DNA of 64,000 nucleotides from a virus (Duplodnaviria; Caudoviricetes), in the IMG/VR virus record IMGVR_UViG_3300042946_000581, positions 34,691-98,690 of that record. The stretch is one strand, 5' to 3'. A program made the position numbers and the translations under genes. The notes beneath the pieces are model-generated. The model had not been told where the DNA came from, did no database searches, and saw only the letters and a list, made by a program, of their open reading frames with translations. Position 1 is the first letter of the stretch, and each line of letters opens with the position of its first letter. This document shows, piece by piece, positions 19,754 through 29,874 of the stretch.

Positions 19754-20314
19754 TTATTTATATAGGTAAATAGTAAAATCATTAGGTAGATAATCATGTC
19801 TAATGATAAATTTATTAGTGAGTTTTTTAATTAAAGGCATAATTTCATGTATTTTTACAAATTTCATATCTTCATCTTTTTTACCATTTGATAAATCTGA
19901 AAGAAAATTTATCGCAACTCCTTTGTTCGATAGACCCCACATTTGTTCAATTGTAATAAATGTTTGTTTTTTCCAATTTTTTTTGAAACAAAAAACACCA
20001 GAACTAATTATCCAATCAAAATTTTTATTAATTTCTGAAATATCCATACAATCAAATTTTTTTGGGTACTTAGATTTAGCAATTTCTATTACATTTTCAC
20101 GTATGTCTATCCCATAATAATTTTCAATCCTTACTGATATGTCCCCAAATCCACAACCCACATCTAATACTGAATCATCACTTTTGTATCCAATATCTAA
20201 CAAAATATCAAATCTAGTTTCTTGCGATTTGCAACTACTCCAACCCAATGAAATTAAATTATTTTCATTACCAAATTTTTCATTATATATTTTATTTATG
20301 TAGTTTCTATACAT
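19754..20314 (-). CDS. class I SAM-dependent methyltransferase
   Basis: SVLDVGCGFGD, YYGID, D+IISSG.F motifs. Confidence 0.85.
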   Translation of the reverse strand: MYRNYINKIYNEKFGNENNLISLGWSSCKSQETRFDILLDIGYKSDDSVLDVGCGFGDISVRIENYYGIDIRENVIEIAKSKYPKKFDCMDISEINKNFDWIISSGVFCFKKNWKKQTFITIEQMWGLSNKGVAINFLSDLSNGKKDEDMKFVKIHEIMPLIKKLTNKFIIRHDYLPNDFTIYLYK

Positions 20315-21131
20315 TGATTAAAATTTCATTTTGTGATATATTCTCATTATCAAAAATAAATTTGACAATAGGTTCAATTTTTTTATAATTTTCTACAAAA
20401 GGTCTTAGGAAATTACAAATAACATAGTCATTATTTTTTAGTTTGTATTCGTCAATTTTCCACCACGATCTATCTATCCAATCTTTTTTTATATCAACAT
20501 TTCTTTCTATTTCACAGATATTATTGCCACTTGGTGAATAAGTATTTATTAATACTCTCATTAAAGATTCGTCCGAAAATTCATAATTTTTACCAAAAAA
20601 ATTATTTACGGATTCTTTTTTGTCAAAAACATTAATATCAATCCAACTTTTAAACAATTCTTCATAATTCAAATTGTTTGGATTAAGTAACTTTTTAAAA
20701 ATATAAGATTCAGCAGTTAAGTTGCTAGTTGGAAACTTTCCTTCATCTTTAGTACCTTTATAAACTTCAGAACCAACCCTTAATAACTCATTTTTTTTTC
20801 TAAAAGATAAAATCCGATTAATAAAATTAGTTTGTAATGGAATTGTGTCAATATCTTCAATCATACAAACATCATTATCAAATTGTCCAGCTAAAATATA
20901 TCTATACATTTTCGCTTGGTTTGCCGTTGGAATATTTTTTTGTATCGGAAACAAATATACTTCCCCCCATTTTTTTAAATTTAAAACTAATGGATCATTT
21001 TCATCACGATCGCTTACAAATGCCAAACAAGCTTTTTTATTTGGAAAAAATTTTTTCCATGATGTTGCGACTATTGGCCAAAAATCTTTGAAATGCGATT
21101 CATCCGAACTTACAATTACTCTATCAAACAT
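20307..21131 (-). CDS. putative glycosyltransferase-like protein
   Basis: IEDID (DxD) and SDE motifs; located in the glycan cluster. Confidence 0.45.
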   Translation of the reverse strand: MFDRVIVSSDESHFKDFWPIVATSWKKFFPNKKACLAFVSDRDENDPLVLNLKKWGEVYLFPIQKNIPTANQAKMYRYILAGQFDNDVCMIEDIDTIPLQTNFINRILSFRKKNELLRVGSEVYKGTKDEGKFPTSNLTAESYIFKKLLNPNNLNYEELFKSWIDINVFDKKESVNNFFGKNYEFSDESLMRVLINTYSPSGNNICEIERNVDIKKDWIDRSWWKIDEYKLKNNDYVICNFLRPFVENYKKIEPIVKFIFDNENISQNEILINV

Positions 21132-21696
21132 TATTTTTTTCTTTTAAAATTTCTAAAATTGATTTTTTAATCATAAAGTTTTCATCTTGAAAGATTACTT
21201 TTATTCCTTTTTCTTTGAATTTATTCAAGTCCAAATAATTTCTACCTGATATTCCTGAAAGATATGTATCTGCTTTGTAATGTAAACAAATATCAACTAT
21301 CCTATCAGTTGAGGTTAATTTTGTTGGATAGTCTAATAAAATCTCAGTTTTTATGTCTAAAATACCACATATTCTTTCAATAATTTTTGTATTTGATTCT
21401 ACTAAATTATCTTTTATTAAATCATCAAATTGACTTAGTACATCCGAATAGTTACTTAGATTACTTTTTATTCTATTCCAATCTTTTATTGGATTGATAT
21501 ATTTCTTTGTTGTGATAGGTTCTAATCCACTATTAACAGAAAGTGTATACCATTTATCATTAAAGTTAAAACGGTTTTGTAGATTGTTTTTTTGAAACTG
21601 AGCATTGTTTAAAAAAACAAATTTATCAGATGATTCAATTTTTTGAAAAAAAGGATACCAAGGAAAAAAATTAGGTTGATGTATAGTGATTATCAT
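21124..21696 (-). CDS. wbqC: WbqC-like family protein
   Basis: IHQPNFFPW, QF.K...QNR and YLSG..G.NYL motifs. Confidence 0.85.
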   Translation of the reverse strand: MIITIHQPNFFPWYPFFQKIESSDKFVFLNNAQFQKNNLQNRFNFNDKWYTLSVNSGLEPITTKKYINPIKDWNRIKSNLSNYSDVLSQFDDLIKDNLVESNTKIIERICGILDIKTEILLDYPTKLTSTDRIVDICLHYKADTYLSGISGRNYLDLNKFKEKGIKVIFQDENFMIKKSILEILKEKNNV

Positions 21697-22646
21697 AAAT
21701 TTGATTCTTCTAATTCATTAAAAAATTGTAAGTATGAATGAACTAAGTTTTTTAAATCAGTTTTTTCTCTTACTAAATTAATTTGTTCTAAAATATCATT
21801 CCATTTATTTGTTCCAAACCAACTTCTAGCCAACTCATATTTATTTTGAACATCTGATATATCATCACTTACATAAAGTGGATAATCTTCTAAAATTTCA
21901 ACATTAGATTTATCTCTCGATAATATTATTGCTGATTCGGTTGCAGAGGCTGCTGCAAATTTCATTCCAGGTTTAAAATAAAACTCAACACTATTTGAAA
22001 TTCTATGACTAAAATGACAATTACATTTTCTCATATTAGAGAATATGTTGGATTTATTTTCAACAAAATCATTTATAGGATTGTAAGTAAAATCTAAAAG
22101 TAACCAGTCAGGTTTTTGAGATTTCAAAAATATATTATCATATTCAGCTCCTAAATATTTAACATAAAAGTTACTATCCTTTGGTGAGGTAACGGAGTTA
22201 AATCTTATATCATAATGTTGTGGTATAACAGCCGATAGTTTATTAATCCAATCTTTAAAATAAATTTTAGTATAATTATTTGTAAACAAAACACCATCAA
22301 TATTTTTGTATATTAAAAATTCTTCATTTTTTCTACTATAATTATCAATAAAAGCTAATTTATCAATTGGTTCTACTACAATGATATTTTTTTGATTGTG
22401 TAACCTATCTATATCATTTTTTGTCAAATTAAATAAATCCGTAACCAATCCCATAAAAATGATTATACTATTATGTATATCAAAAATTTTATTTTTTTCT
22501 CCTTTTCTTAATTCTAAGAATTTAGACTTTCTATATTTAGAAATTTCATTTGATCTATGAATTCCATTTAATATGACACTACCAGATGATACTGAATCCC
22601 CCACAATTATAATTTCTTTCATAAAAACTATTTTTTTATTCCCCAA
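21693..22646 (-). CDS. putative GT-B-like glycan-modifying protein
   Basis: 317-aa ORF (start may be MKEII at 22622); FKPGMKFAAA motif resembles GT-B C-domains. Confidence 0.4.
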   Translation of the reverse strand: MGNKKIVFMKEIIIVGDSVSSGSVILNGIHRSNEISKYRKSKFLELRKGEKNKIFDIHNSIIIFMGLVTDLFNLTKNDIDRLHNQKNIIVVEPIDKLAFIDNYSRKNEEFLIYKNIDGVLFTNNYTKIYFKDWINKLSAVIPQHYDIRFNSVTSPKDSNFYVKYLGAEYDNIFLKSQKPDWLLLDFTYNPINDFVENKSNIFSNMRKCNCHFSHRISNSVEFYFKPGMKFAAASATESAIILSRDKSNVEILEDYPLYVSDDISDVQNKYELARSWFGTNKWNDILEQINLVREKTDLKNLVHSYLQFFNELEESNL

Positions 22647-23221
22647 AAATACAAATCATGATGATTTGTCTCAATTTCAAATTCATAAGATGAAAAAATA
22701 CCATCAACATCTATACAAGATCTTATATCTTCTTCTGTTACATTTCTATAATAATCAGAATCCCAATCTTCTCTAAATACATTTGGCATAGTAATCCAAT
22801 TATCTGAAGAATTACCTTGTAATGTTAATCGTTTCTCTCTATCTATTTTATCTTGCGTTCTTGTTCCATGAACTGGTCTACCAGTTGTTGCACAAGTAAA
22901 TATAAAATAACCACCCGATTTTAACATCCTTACCGAATTTTGAATACTTTCTTTATAAAACGGATTATGCTCCCAACACTCACAAGATATTATAGTGTCA
23001 AATGATTCATCAGGAGCATCATATTCATTTGCAGGACAAACAACATCAACTCCTTTTCCTGGCCCTATATCCAGTCCTATAAAATCACAATTATCAAACC
23101 ACGGTTCTTCATTTCCATTAACATCAAATGACCCAATGTCTAATACTTTACAGTTTGTAAATGCTGATGGATATTTTAATTTTAATTTATCTAAGTATGC
23201 TTTTTGTTCTTTATGTGCCAT
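22628..23221 (-). CDS. SAM-dependent methyltransferase (type 11-like)
   Basis: VLDIGSFDVNG, GLDI..GKGVD, FDTIISCE..EH motifs. Confidence 0.85.
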   Translation of the reverse strand: MAHKEQKAYLDKLKLKYPSAFTNCKVLDIGSFDVNGNEEPWFDNCDFIGLDIGPGKGVDVVCPANEYDAPDESFDTIISCECWEHNPFYKESIQNSVRMLKSGGYFIFTCATTGRPVHGTRTQDKIDREKRLTLQGNSSDNWITMPNVFREDWDSDYYRNVTEEDIRSCIDVDGIFSSYEFEIETNHHDLYFWGIKK

Positions 23222-23222
23222 C

Positions 23223-23894
23223 TTATATTTTTATTTTTTTTATTATGTTAAAAGCTTCAGCTACTTTTAAACCACACTCAAAACCTCTATAATTAGCATG
23301 TGACCTTATTCCAACTTCACCTAGCTTATCTCTTTTAGTTGTTGTATATTGAAGAAGATAATTATCTTTAAATATCTTTATTTTCTCTTCTATTGTATCT
23401 TCTATGTCTTCATATAAATTGGGCTGAAATTTACTTGATGGATCTGACCATGTTGAAGTAGGTATTTCATATGAAATTATCTCTAAGATAAGTCCAACTC
23501 CTGTTGGTCTTACCGCTGAAATACAAGCATTATAAACATCTTTATGTTCTTGATGATAAGAAGGTTCTGGTATGTAAATTACATTTGGTTGGTATGTTCT
23601 AATTAAATCGTCTAACCATCTAACAATTTTATATTGTGGTATTTCTTCTAATCTTGTACCATTAGTTTCAAACTTAGATGGTTCTTCGGTTGAAATAAAT
23701 TCGGCGACTTTTTTAAATTCCATCCATTGTTCTTCTTCAGTTATTGTTCTATTTAAATGGTGTAAAAATCTGTCAGAACATGACATAACAACTACTTTTA
23801 TAGTGTCACCATTTTTTTTTCTTTTCAATAATGTGCCACCAACTCCGAAAAGTTCATCATCAGTATGTGGCGAAATAACTAAAACTTTTGACAT
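23223..23894 (-). CDS. PIG-L/LmbE-family de-N-acetylase
   Basis: ISPHTDDE..G.GG, HQEH and AEAF motifs. Confidence 0.9.
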   Translation of the reverse strand: MSKVLVISPHTDDELFGVGGTLLKRKKNGDTIKVVVMSCSDRFLHHLNRTITEEEQWMEFKKVAEFISTEEPSKFETNGTRLEEIPQYKIVRWLDDLIRTYQPNVIYIPEPSYHQEHKDVYNACISAVRPTGVGLILEIISYEIPTSTWSDPSSKFQPNLYEDIEDTIEEKIKIFKDNYLLQYTTTKRDKLGEVGIRSHANYRGFECGLKVAEAFNIIKKIKI

Positions 23895-23896
23895 AA

Positions 23897-24556
23897 TTAA
23901 ATTAATTTTGAATGTTTTTCATATAATATTTTATCATTTTCATCAAATGCTTGTCCGACAAATCTTCCTTTATTTCTGTTTGTTGGAAATTGTTTTTTAT
24001 CTGAATTAAAATTAAAAAATTCATCGTGAATTAAAGAATTATCTTTAACTAATGGGTAAATTTTTTCTCTTAAGAAGTTTTGGTCAACTTGCCAAAAACT
24101 ACCTTTAATATATTCATCTATTAATTTTATCATTTGCGGTAGTACTCCTTTTTTCGAACCCCACATACCACCTAAAATAGCTGTATTATGATAAGGATGG
24201 TCTCTCATTATATGAAAACCTTTATCAGAATTTAACCATTCGTCAACCGCAAGTTTTTCTCTTTCAGAGAGTCTTGAATCGCAATCTCTAGATATCATAA
24301 CATCCACATCTTCTTCTGAAGCCGGATAAAATCTCCAAAACATACCTGTCCAATCCCCATCAACATCCATCTCAACTACTTCAACATGTGAAAATTGTTT
24401 AAGTTGTTCAATAACTTTATAATCAGTGCTTTTACCAATATAAAATCTACAAATCCAACCTGAATAAATTATTGGAGATAATTCAGCATTACGTATTGCC
24501 CCAATTGTATATATTGGGTTATTACCCCATAAAGAAAAACTTATTATTTTTTTCAT
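23897..24556 (-). CDS. conserved glycosyltransferase-like protein (IISFSLWG type)
   Basis: ISFSLWG, MFWRF, SRDCDSR, MRDHP.H, LGGMWG and DQ.FL motifs. Confidence 0.6.
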   Translation of the reverse strand: MKKIISFSLWGNNPIYTIGAIRNAELSPIIYSGWICRFYIGKSTDYKVIEQLKQFSHVEVVEMDVDGDWTGMFWRFYPASEEDVDVMISRDCDSRLSEREKLAVDEWLNSDKGFHIMRDHPYHNTAILGGMWGSKKGVLPQMIKLIDEYIKGSFWQVDQNFLREKIYPLVKDNSLIHDEFFNFNSDKKQFPTNRNKGRFVGQAFDENDKILYEKHSKLI

Positions 24557-25212
24557 AGTTCAAAATTTATTTTTTCTCTTCTCTGAAAAACCATTCTGTC
24601 TTCTCTATTATGAGTTGAATTCAAAGAGTGTATAATATCTCTACCACCATAACCCCAATCAGGATGTTGGTGATGGATAATTACTTTATCTATAAAAATT
24701 TGTTTTTTCAATAAATTACCAACTGTCATAAATTCATTATCAGCCCAAAGTGATTTATAGTCAGGATGATAGATATATCCAAATCTTTCGTAATATTTTT
24801 TACCTAAAATACATAGAGTATTTAAATCTTTTCTATTTCCATCATTGAACCAAAGTATTCCATCTGTGTCAGGATAATTAATGGTCATATTGAATCTTAT
24901 TTGTTCGTCATATCCTTTTTCAATAGGAATCATATCATCAGAGGCAAGTAGAATAATATCCCAATCACCTAATTCAATGTCACGATTAACTGCATGTATT
25001 TTATTATTACTTTTACCAAAAACAAATCTAAGATTTTCATATGATTTTAATTTATCAATGACTTCTTGGTTATTCATTGAGTCATCATCATAATCTAACG
25101 TTATCAAAAACTCAATTTTTGATAAATCTGTTGCAAAGTCATAATACTTTTGAAGTACTTCAAAAAATTTATCTTTTCTGTTTCTTGTTGGGAATTTTAT
25201 TAAAATTTTCAT
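24553..25212 (-). CDS. GT2-like glycosyltransferase
   Basis: KFPTRNR, LASDDM and WADNE motifs. Confidence 0.7.
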   Translation of the reverse strand: MKILIKFPTRNRKDKFFEVLQKYYDFATDLSKIEFLITLDYDDDSMNNQEVIDKLKSYENLRFVFGKSNNKIHAVNRDIELGDWDIILLASDDMIPIEKGYDEQIRFNMTINYPDTDGILWFNDGNRKDLNTLCILGKKYYERFGYIYHPDYKSLWADNEFMTVGNLLKKQIFIDKVIIHHQHPDWGYGGRDIIHSLNSTHNREDRMVFQRREKINFEL

Positions 25213-25215
25213 ATT

Positions 25216-25782
25216 TTAATGTCTAACATTATACATTACTTCAGGAGTAATTACAAATTTATTTGATTGTTTTTTCAATTCCATCAGAAAATCAAAATCT
25301 TCTCCATCTCTGTTTTGAGAAAAAAACAACTCCTTAAAAATAGTTTTTTTGTAACAAAAAGAAATACCAACTGTTGCAAATTTTAATTCATTTAAATGAA
25401 ATGGAGGTAAAACTAAACCATTTTCATATGTCATTCTCCAAACGACAAAATCATTATTACTATACTTTTCAAAAAGTGTTTTCACATAATCTTTATTGAT
25501 GGTATCGTCATCATCCAAGAAACCAATCCATTTAGTATCAACTAATTTTATACCTTCATTTCTAACCAATCCAGATTGTCCATTTTTAGGACCTACTAAT
25601 CCTGTCTTATCAATCTTAATTGTTTTGACTCTATTATCATCAAATGATTCACCATCAACACCATCATAAACAACTATGGCTTTCCAATTTGGTACAGATT
25701 GTTGTATCAAAGATTGTATAGTTCTTTTAAGTGTTGGTCTATTTAATGATGGTATTATAAATGTTATATTATTCTCAATCAT
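25216..25782 (-). CDS. GT2-family glycosyltransferase
   Basis: FIIPS..R, RNEGI, GFLDDDD and GEDF motifs. Confidence 0.85.
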   Translation of the reverse strand: MIENNITFIIPSLNRPTLKRTIQSLIQQSVPNWKAIVVYDGVDGESFDDNRVKTIKIDKTGLVGPKNGQSGLVRNEGIKLVDTKWIGFLDDDDTINKDYVKTLFEKYSNNDFVVWRMTYENGLVLPPFHLNELKFATVGISFCYKKTIFKELFFSQNRDGEDFDFLMELKKQSNKFVITPEVMYNVRH

Positions 25783-25783
25783 A

Positions 25784-27295
25784 TTATTGTGTAAATAAAA
25801 TTTTATCTTTTAATTTCATTAAATTTTTCTTAACAAATGGCGTTAAAGTTTGATTAAAGTCATATTCAATCACTTTCATATTACCCTCAACATATCTAGT
25901 TTTACTTTCATAATGATATGCACTATGTGTTCCTACATTATAATTTTCAAAACCAACAAGTAATAATTTTAGATTTAATTCAACATCTTCAAAACAATCA
26001 ATATATTCCTCGTTAAACATTCCAATTTGTTTGAATGTATTTGTATTAATCATCATCAGTCCTCCTGTATTACCAATAACATTTGTAATATCTTTGTTAA
26101 AGTTATAATACGAACCTTTGTTTTTATTATCAGCAATAAGTGATTTATTTGATAATTTTAAATAAACTAAAATCCCATCGTGTTGAATTGTATTGTCTTC
26201 ATAATGTAGTCTACAACCAACTGTTCCTACTTTAGGTTTAGTCTTAAATACATTTAACATACCTAATACTACATCTGAGTTTAATTTTATATCATTATTA
26301 CAAAACAAAATATATTGATGGTTTTTGGTTAAATGATTTTTAACCACATCATTATTTATCTTTGCAAAATTATAATAATTATATTTGATTAATTTTATAT
26401 TATCTACACTATTAACCAACTCTTCAATTATATTAATTTCTTCTTCACTTGAACCCGTATCTGCAATAAAAATATCAAATAACATAGGATTACAATGTTC
26501 ATAAAAAGAATCAATACATTGAATTAATAATTCTATATTACCTTTTGTTGGTATAATTACCCCAACTTTACCTTTCAATTTAACATCTTTAATTTTGACT
26601 TCAGGAGTATAAATTGATGTTGGTTTTAAATCCAATGGTAATACATCTTTATATTTTTCAACAAACTTAATTTTACTATCAAAGAATTCTTGATTAGGTT
26701 GTCCTACAGATTCGTGAGTTATTTCAAATGAAGATGTAACCCCAATTTTAATTCCATCCAAATAGTTTGGAACACAAAATCCGTGGTCATAAAAATGGAA
26801 CTTACCAATTGTTTCATCAAATTTATGTTTAATCTTTGTCTTGTCAAAAGATATAAATAACCCATCAATAGTAACAACAGGAATTATAAATGGAAGCTTT
26901 GGTGAATAGTTATTAATCCACTTCTTTTGACCACTAGGATGATGCCAAACTTGTCCAACCATAGTTTGATTCATCCTCTCCCAATAAACCCCTGATTTGG
27001 GAAAATAACAAGAACCAGCCTTCCCAATTACCCCAAATTCGGAGTAATTGGAATAATCCTCCAATAATTTTTTACCCCAATCTTTTTCAAGTTTAATATC
27101 GTTATGACAACAAACAATGATATCATATATTGATTCAGTTATCCCACTATTGTAAACTTCGGCCAAAGAATATTGATTATTGTTTTGATATTCCAATATC
27201 TGAACGTCATTAAAACCCACACTATCTAATAGGTGAGTCTTAAATTTTTCATTATATTCTTTGTCCTTATGTGTTGAGTAAATTATTGTTATCAT
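25784..27295 (-). CDS. two-domain glycosyltransferase (Glyco_tranf_2_5-like plus GT2)
   Basis: N-domain YN.G....CHNDI...IDG...FHFYD; C-domain VIIPT, NFAKINN, CNNDI, FEDVELN, HYESKTR. Confidence 0.85.
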   Translation of the reverse strand: MITIIYSTHKDKEYNEKFKTHLLDSVGFNDVQILEYQNNNQYSLAEVYNSGITESIYDIIVCCHNDIKLEKDWGKKLLEDYSNYSEFGVIGKAGSCYFPKSGVYWERMNQTMVGQVWHHPSGQKKWINNYSPKLPFIIPVVTIDGLFISFDKTKIKHKFDETIGKFHFYDHGFCVPNYLDGIKIGVTSSFEITHESVGQPNQEFFDSKIKFVEKYKDVLPLDLKPTSIYTPEVKIKDVKLKGKVGVIIPTKGNIELLIQCIDSFYEHCNPMLFDIFIADTGSSEEEINIIEELVNSVDNIKLIKYNYYNFAKINNDVVKNHLTKNHQYILFCNNDIKLNSDVVLGMLNVFKTKPKVGTVGCRLHYEDNTIQHDGILVYLKLSNKSLIADNKNKGSYYNFNKDITNVIGNTGGLMMINTNTFKQIGMFNEEYIDCFEDVELNLKLLLVGFENYNVGTHSAYHYESKTRYVEGNMKVIEYDFNQTLTPFVKKNLMKLKDKILFTQ

Positions 27296-28007
27296 TATAC
27301 ATAAAATTAAGTGCTGTTAAATCTTCAATCTCATTAAAATTGTGTGAGATGTGATGTTTAATATCAAGTGTTTGTTTTGAATTTGCTCTACCTCTATTAA
27401 TTTTTTCATTAAACTCTTCAATTGTTTTTGAGAAATAATGATTAAGTTGAGCAATATCAATTGACGCATTTTTATTAAATGGTCCTTCATTTTTTAATTT
27501 GTTAGTATCATACCATTTAGAATTAATACAATGTGGATTTATAAAATGAGAAGTATGATTAAGTTTTGTTATTGTTTTTATATGTTGATTTATTGAATTT
27601 TGTCTTTTAGTAAATCTTTGTAACAAAGAATAATTATTATTAACAACTTCAGTTAATCCATTATCACCAAATAATACCCAATTAATACCTAACGTTGGAT
27701 AATCTTTATAATCGAGTAAAAAATCTTTAATATTTTTATGTTTTTTTAAAACTAAAAACTCATCAACATCAAAAAAAGCAGCCCAATCATATTCAGATTT
27801 ATACTTAGACAAGAATTCATTATAACACTCAACTTGTCTGTGTTTACCATTATATGGTTTTTTTATTATTTTTTCGTTTTCATATTTACAAGTCCAGTCA
27901 TTTTCAAAAATGTATATTTTATCAAAACCTAATTTTAAATGATATTCTACCCATTCCTTTATATAATAGTCTTCATTTTTGGCTATACAAACTAAACAAA
28001 CTCTCAT
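27267..28007 (-). CDS. GT92/Glyco_tranf_2_4-like glycosyltransferase
   Basis: IAKNE..YI.EWV.YH...GFD, FFDVDEFL and LNHY..K motifs. Confidence 0.85.
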   Translation of the reverse strand: MRVCLVCIAKNEDYYIKEWVEYHLKLGFDKIYIFENDWTCKYENEKIIKKPYNGKHRQVECYNEFLSKYKSEYDWAAFFDVDEFLVLKKHKNIKDFLLDYKDYPTLGINWVLFGDNGLTEVVNNNYSLLQRFTKRQNSINQHIKTITKLNHTSHFINPHCINSKWYDTNKLKNEGPFNKNASIDIAQLNHYFSKTIEEFNEKINRGRANSKQTLDIKHHISHNFNEIEDLTALNFMYNDNNNLLNT

Positions 28008-28564
28008 TTTTTTAAAATTGCAATATTGATTAATCCATCTTGGAAATCACTTTTAGTGACTTCATAATTTTTATTTTCTAAAAACTCGTGTAGATATTTA
28101 TTTTCTCCGTGAACAAATTCGTAATATATTGTATCAATTTTTATATTATCAAAATCAATACTTTTTATTATTTTATGGTCATAACTTTCAGCATCAACAA
28201 ATAAAATATCTAAATGATTAATTGAATATTTTTTAAATATATCACTTATAGTCATACATTTCACATTTAACTCAATAATGTTAGTTTGAACTTTATGTTT
28301 TAAAATGTGATTTTTATCAATTGATGATAATCTATGATATTTTTCAGATGTATAAAAAGTAATTGTTTTTTCATCAGGATTATCAGTTATAGCAATATTC
28401 TCAATAATGAAATTAAATTTTTGATAACATTTTTTAATACTTTCATTACAAAAATGTAATGGTTCAATAAATAAAAGAAATTCTATATTATTTGGTGGTA
28501 TCACGTTTAAAATATCTGTAAGATTATCAAACCCCTTATTTGTACCAATTTGAATTATTTTCAT
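28004..28564 (-). CDS. FkbM-family methyltransferase
   Basis: IQIG...G, IEP, N.AI and LFVDAESYD..I motifs. Confidence 0.8.
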   Translation of the reverse strand: MKIIQIGTNKGFDNLTDILNVIPPNNIEFLLFIEPLHFCNESIKKCYQKFNFIIENIAITDNPDEKTITFYTSEKYHRLSSIDKNHILKHKVQTNIIELNVKCMTISDIFKKYSINHLDILFVDAESYDHKIIKSIDFDNIKIDTIYYEFVHGENKYLHEFLENKNYEVTKSDFQDGLINIAILKK

Positions 28565-29163
28565 ATTCCAGTCGAGCCAAAACCTTTATCCGCTCTGTCA
28601 GTTTTATTTATTTCTTTTTTATTTACCAAATTAACCCACTTTCCATTAACCACAGAAGTTAATACAGCTTGAGCAATCTTCATTCCTTTATTAACCACAA
28701 ATTCGTGATTATTAACATTGAATAGAATAACCTTAACTTCGCCAGTATAACTATTATCAACAGTACCTGGAGAGTTCAATACCATAAGACCTTGTTTTAA
28801 TGCCAAACCACTCTTTGACCTAACTTGAATTTCAAAACCATCTTGGATTTCAAATGCTAATCCTGTTGAAATTAATGCTCTACCAAATGGGGGTAGGACA
28901 ACTTCTTCTGTTGAGTACAAATCAAACCCTGAATCACCATCATAATTATAAGATGGGTCAACTGCTTCAGGATTTAATTTAACGTAACCTAAATCCAATT
29001 TGGTTGTATGATTTAACATATCATTCTCAAGTTCTTCAAGGTTCAATCCAAACTCTTCATATAATTTATTATAATCAATTTCTTCCCCATTCTCATTAGC
29101 TTCAAGTAAGTGTTGTAATTTTATCGCAAATTCACCAATGTTTTCTAAATTGTCTAAACTCAT
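28561..29163 (-). CDS. dut: dUTPase with an acidic N-terminal extension
   Basis: DSGFDL, RSKSGLA, NSPGTVDNSYTGE, KIAQ and R...GFGSTG motifs. Confidence 0.95.
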   Translation of the reverse strand: MSLDNLENIGEFAIKLQHLLEANENGEEIDYNKLYEEFGLNLEELENDMLNHTTKLDLGYVKLNPEAVDPSYNYDGDSGFDLYSTEEVVLPPFGRALISTGLAFEIQDGFEIQVRSKSGLALKQGLMVLNSPGTVDNSYTGEVKVILFNVNNHEFVVNKGMKIAQAVLTSVVNGKWVNLVNKKEINKTDRADKGFGSTGI

Positions 29164-29870
29164 TTTAATTCTTTTAATTTTTTAATTATTTCTATTAATA
29201 CATTTACATCTTTTTCACAATATTCTTTTATCCCTTCCAAGTTTTGTTTTTCCCAATATTCATTATGAACATTCTGACCAATTACTTCACCATTCTTTGG
29301 TGTCTCAACTCCAATATTTGAACACAACAAATCCAAAGAACCAATAGATGTATATGCCCCATATTGCCAAATTTCTTTGGTATCAATGGCTTTTATTTCC
29401 CAAGGTTTGGTATCATATGAAGGTAATATTGATGGTGGCATTAAACCATTAATAATCATTCGTTTTGCCAACATTGGAATGTCAAAATTTTTAAGATTAT
29501 GACCACACAGCCAAAAATCAAGTTTCCCACATTTAATTAATAATTTTTGAACATCTAACAAAAGTTTATGTTCGTCATTACCATAAAATGTTTGTTTTCT
29601 AACTGACCCATCATCTAGTACAAATGCAAAACTTATACAGATAATTTTAGCAAACTCAGGTATAAGTCCAGTTCTTGTACTAAAGACAATATTTTTTTGG
29701 TCAATTTCAATGTTAGAATCTTCAGGAAATCTTTTAAGAAACCAATCAAAATATTTATCAAATTGGTCAGCAACAGATGGGTTTAATGTTGAACATACAT
29801 CATAGTTTGGACAACACCCAACGGTTTCAATGTCCATAAAAAGAATCTTGGTTATTGGTTGTTTAATCAT
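29160..29870 (-). CDS. PolB-like 3'-5' exonuclease (DEDDy)
   Basis: FMDIET, GHN...FDIP and EYCEKDV motifs. Confidence 0.85.
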   Translation of the reverse strand: MIKQPITKILFMDIETVGCCPNYDVCSTLNPSVADQFDKYFDWFLKRFPEDSNIEIDQKNIVFSTRTGLIPEFAKIICISFAFVLDDGSVRKQTFYGNDEHKLLLDVQKLLIKCGKLDFWLCGHNLKNFDIPMLAKRMIINGLMPPSILPSYDTKPWEIKAIDTKEIWQYGAYTSIGSLDLLCSNIGVETPKNGEVIGQNVHNEYWEKQNLEGIKEYCEKDVNVLIEIIKKLKELK

Positions 29871-29874
29871 AATT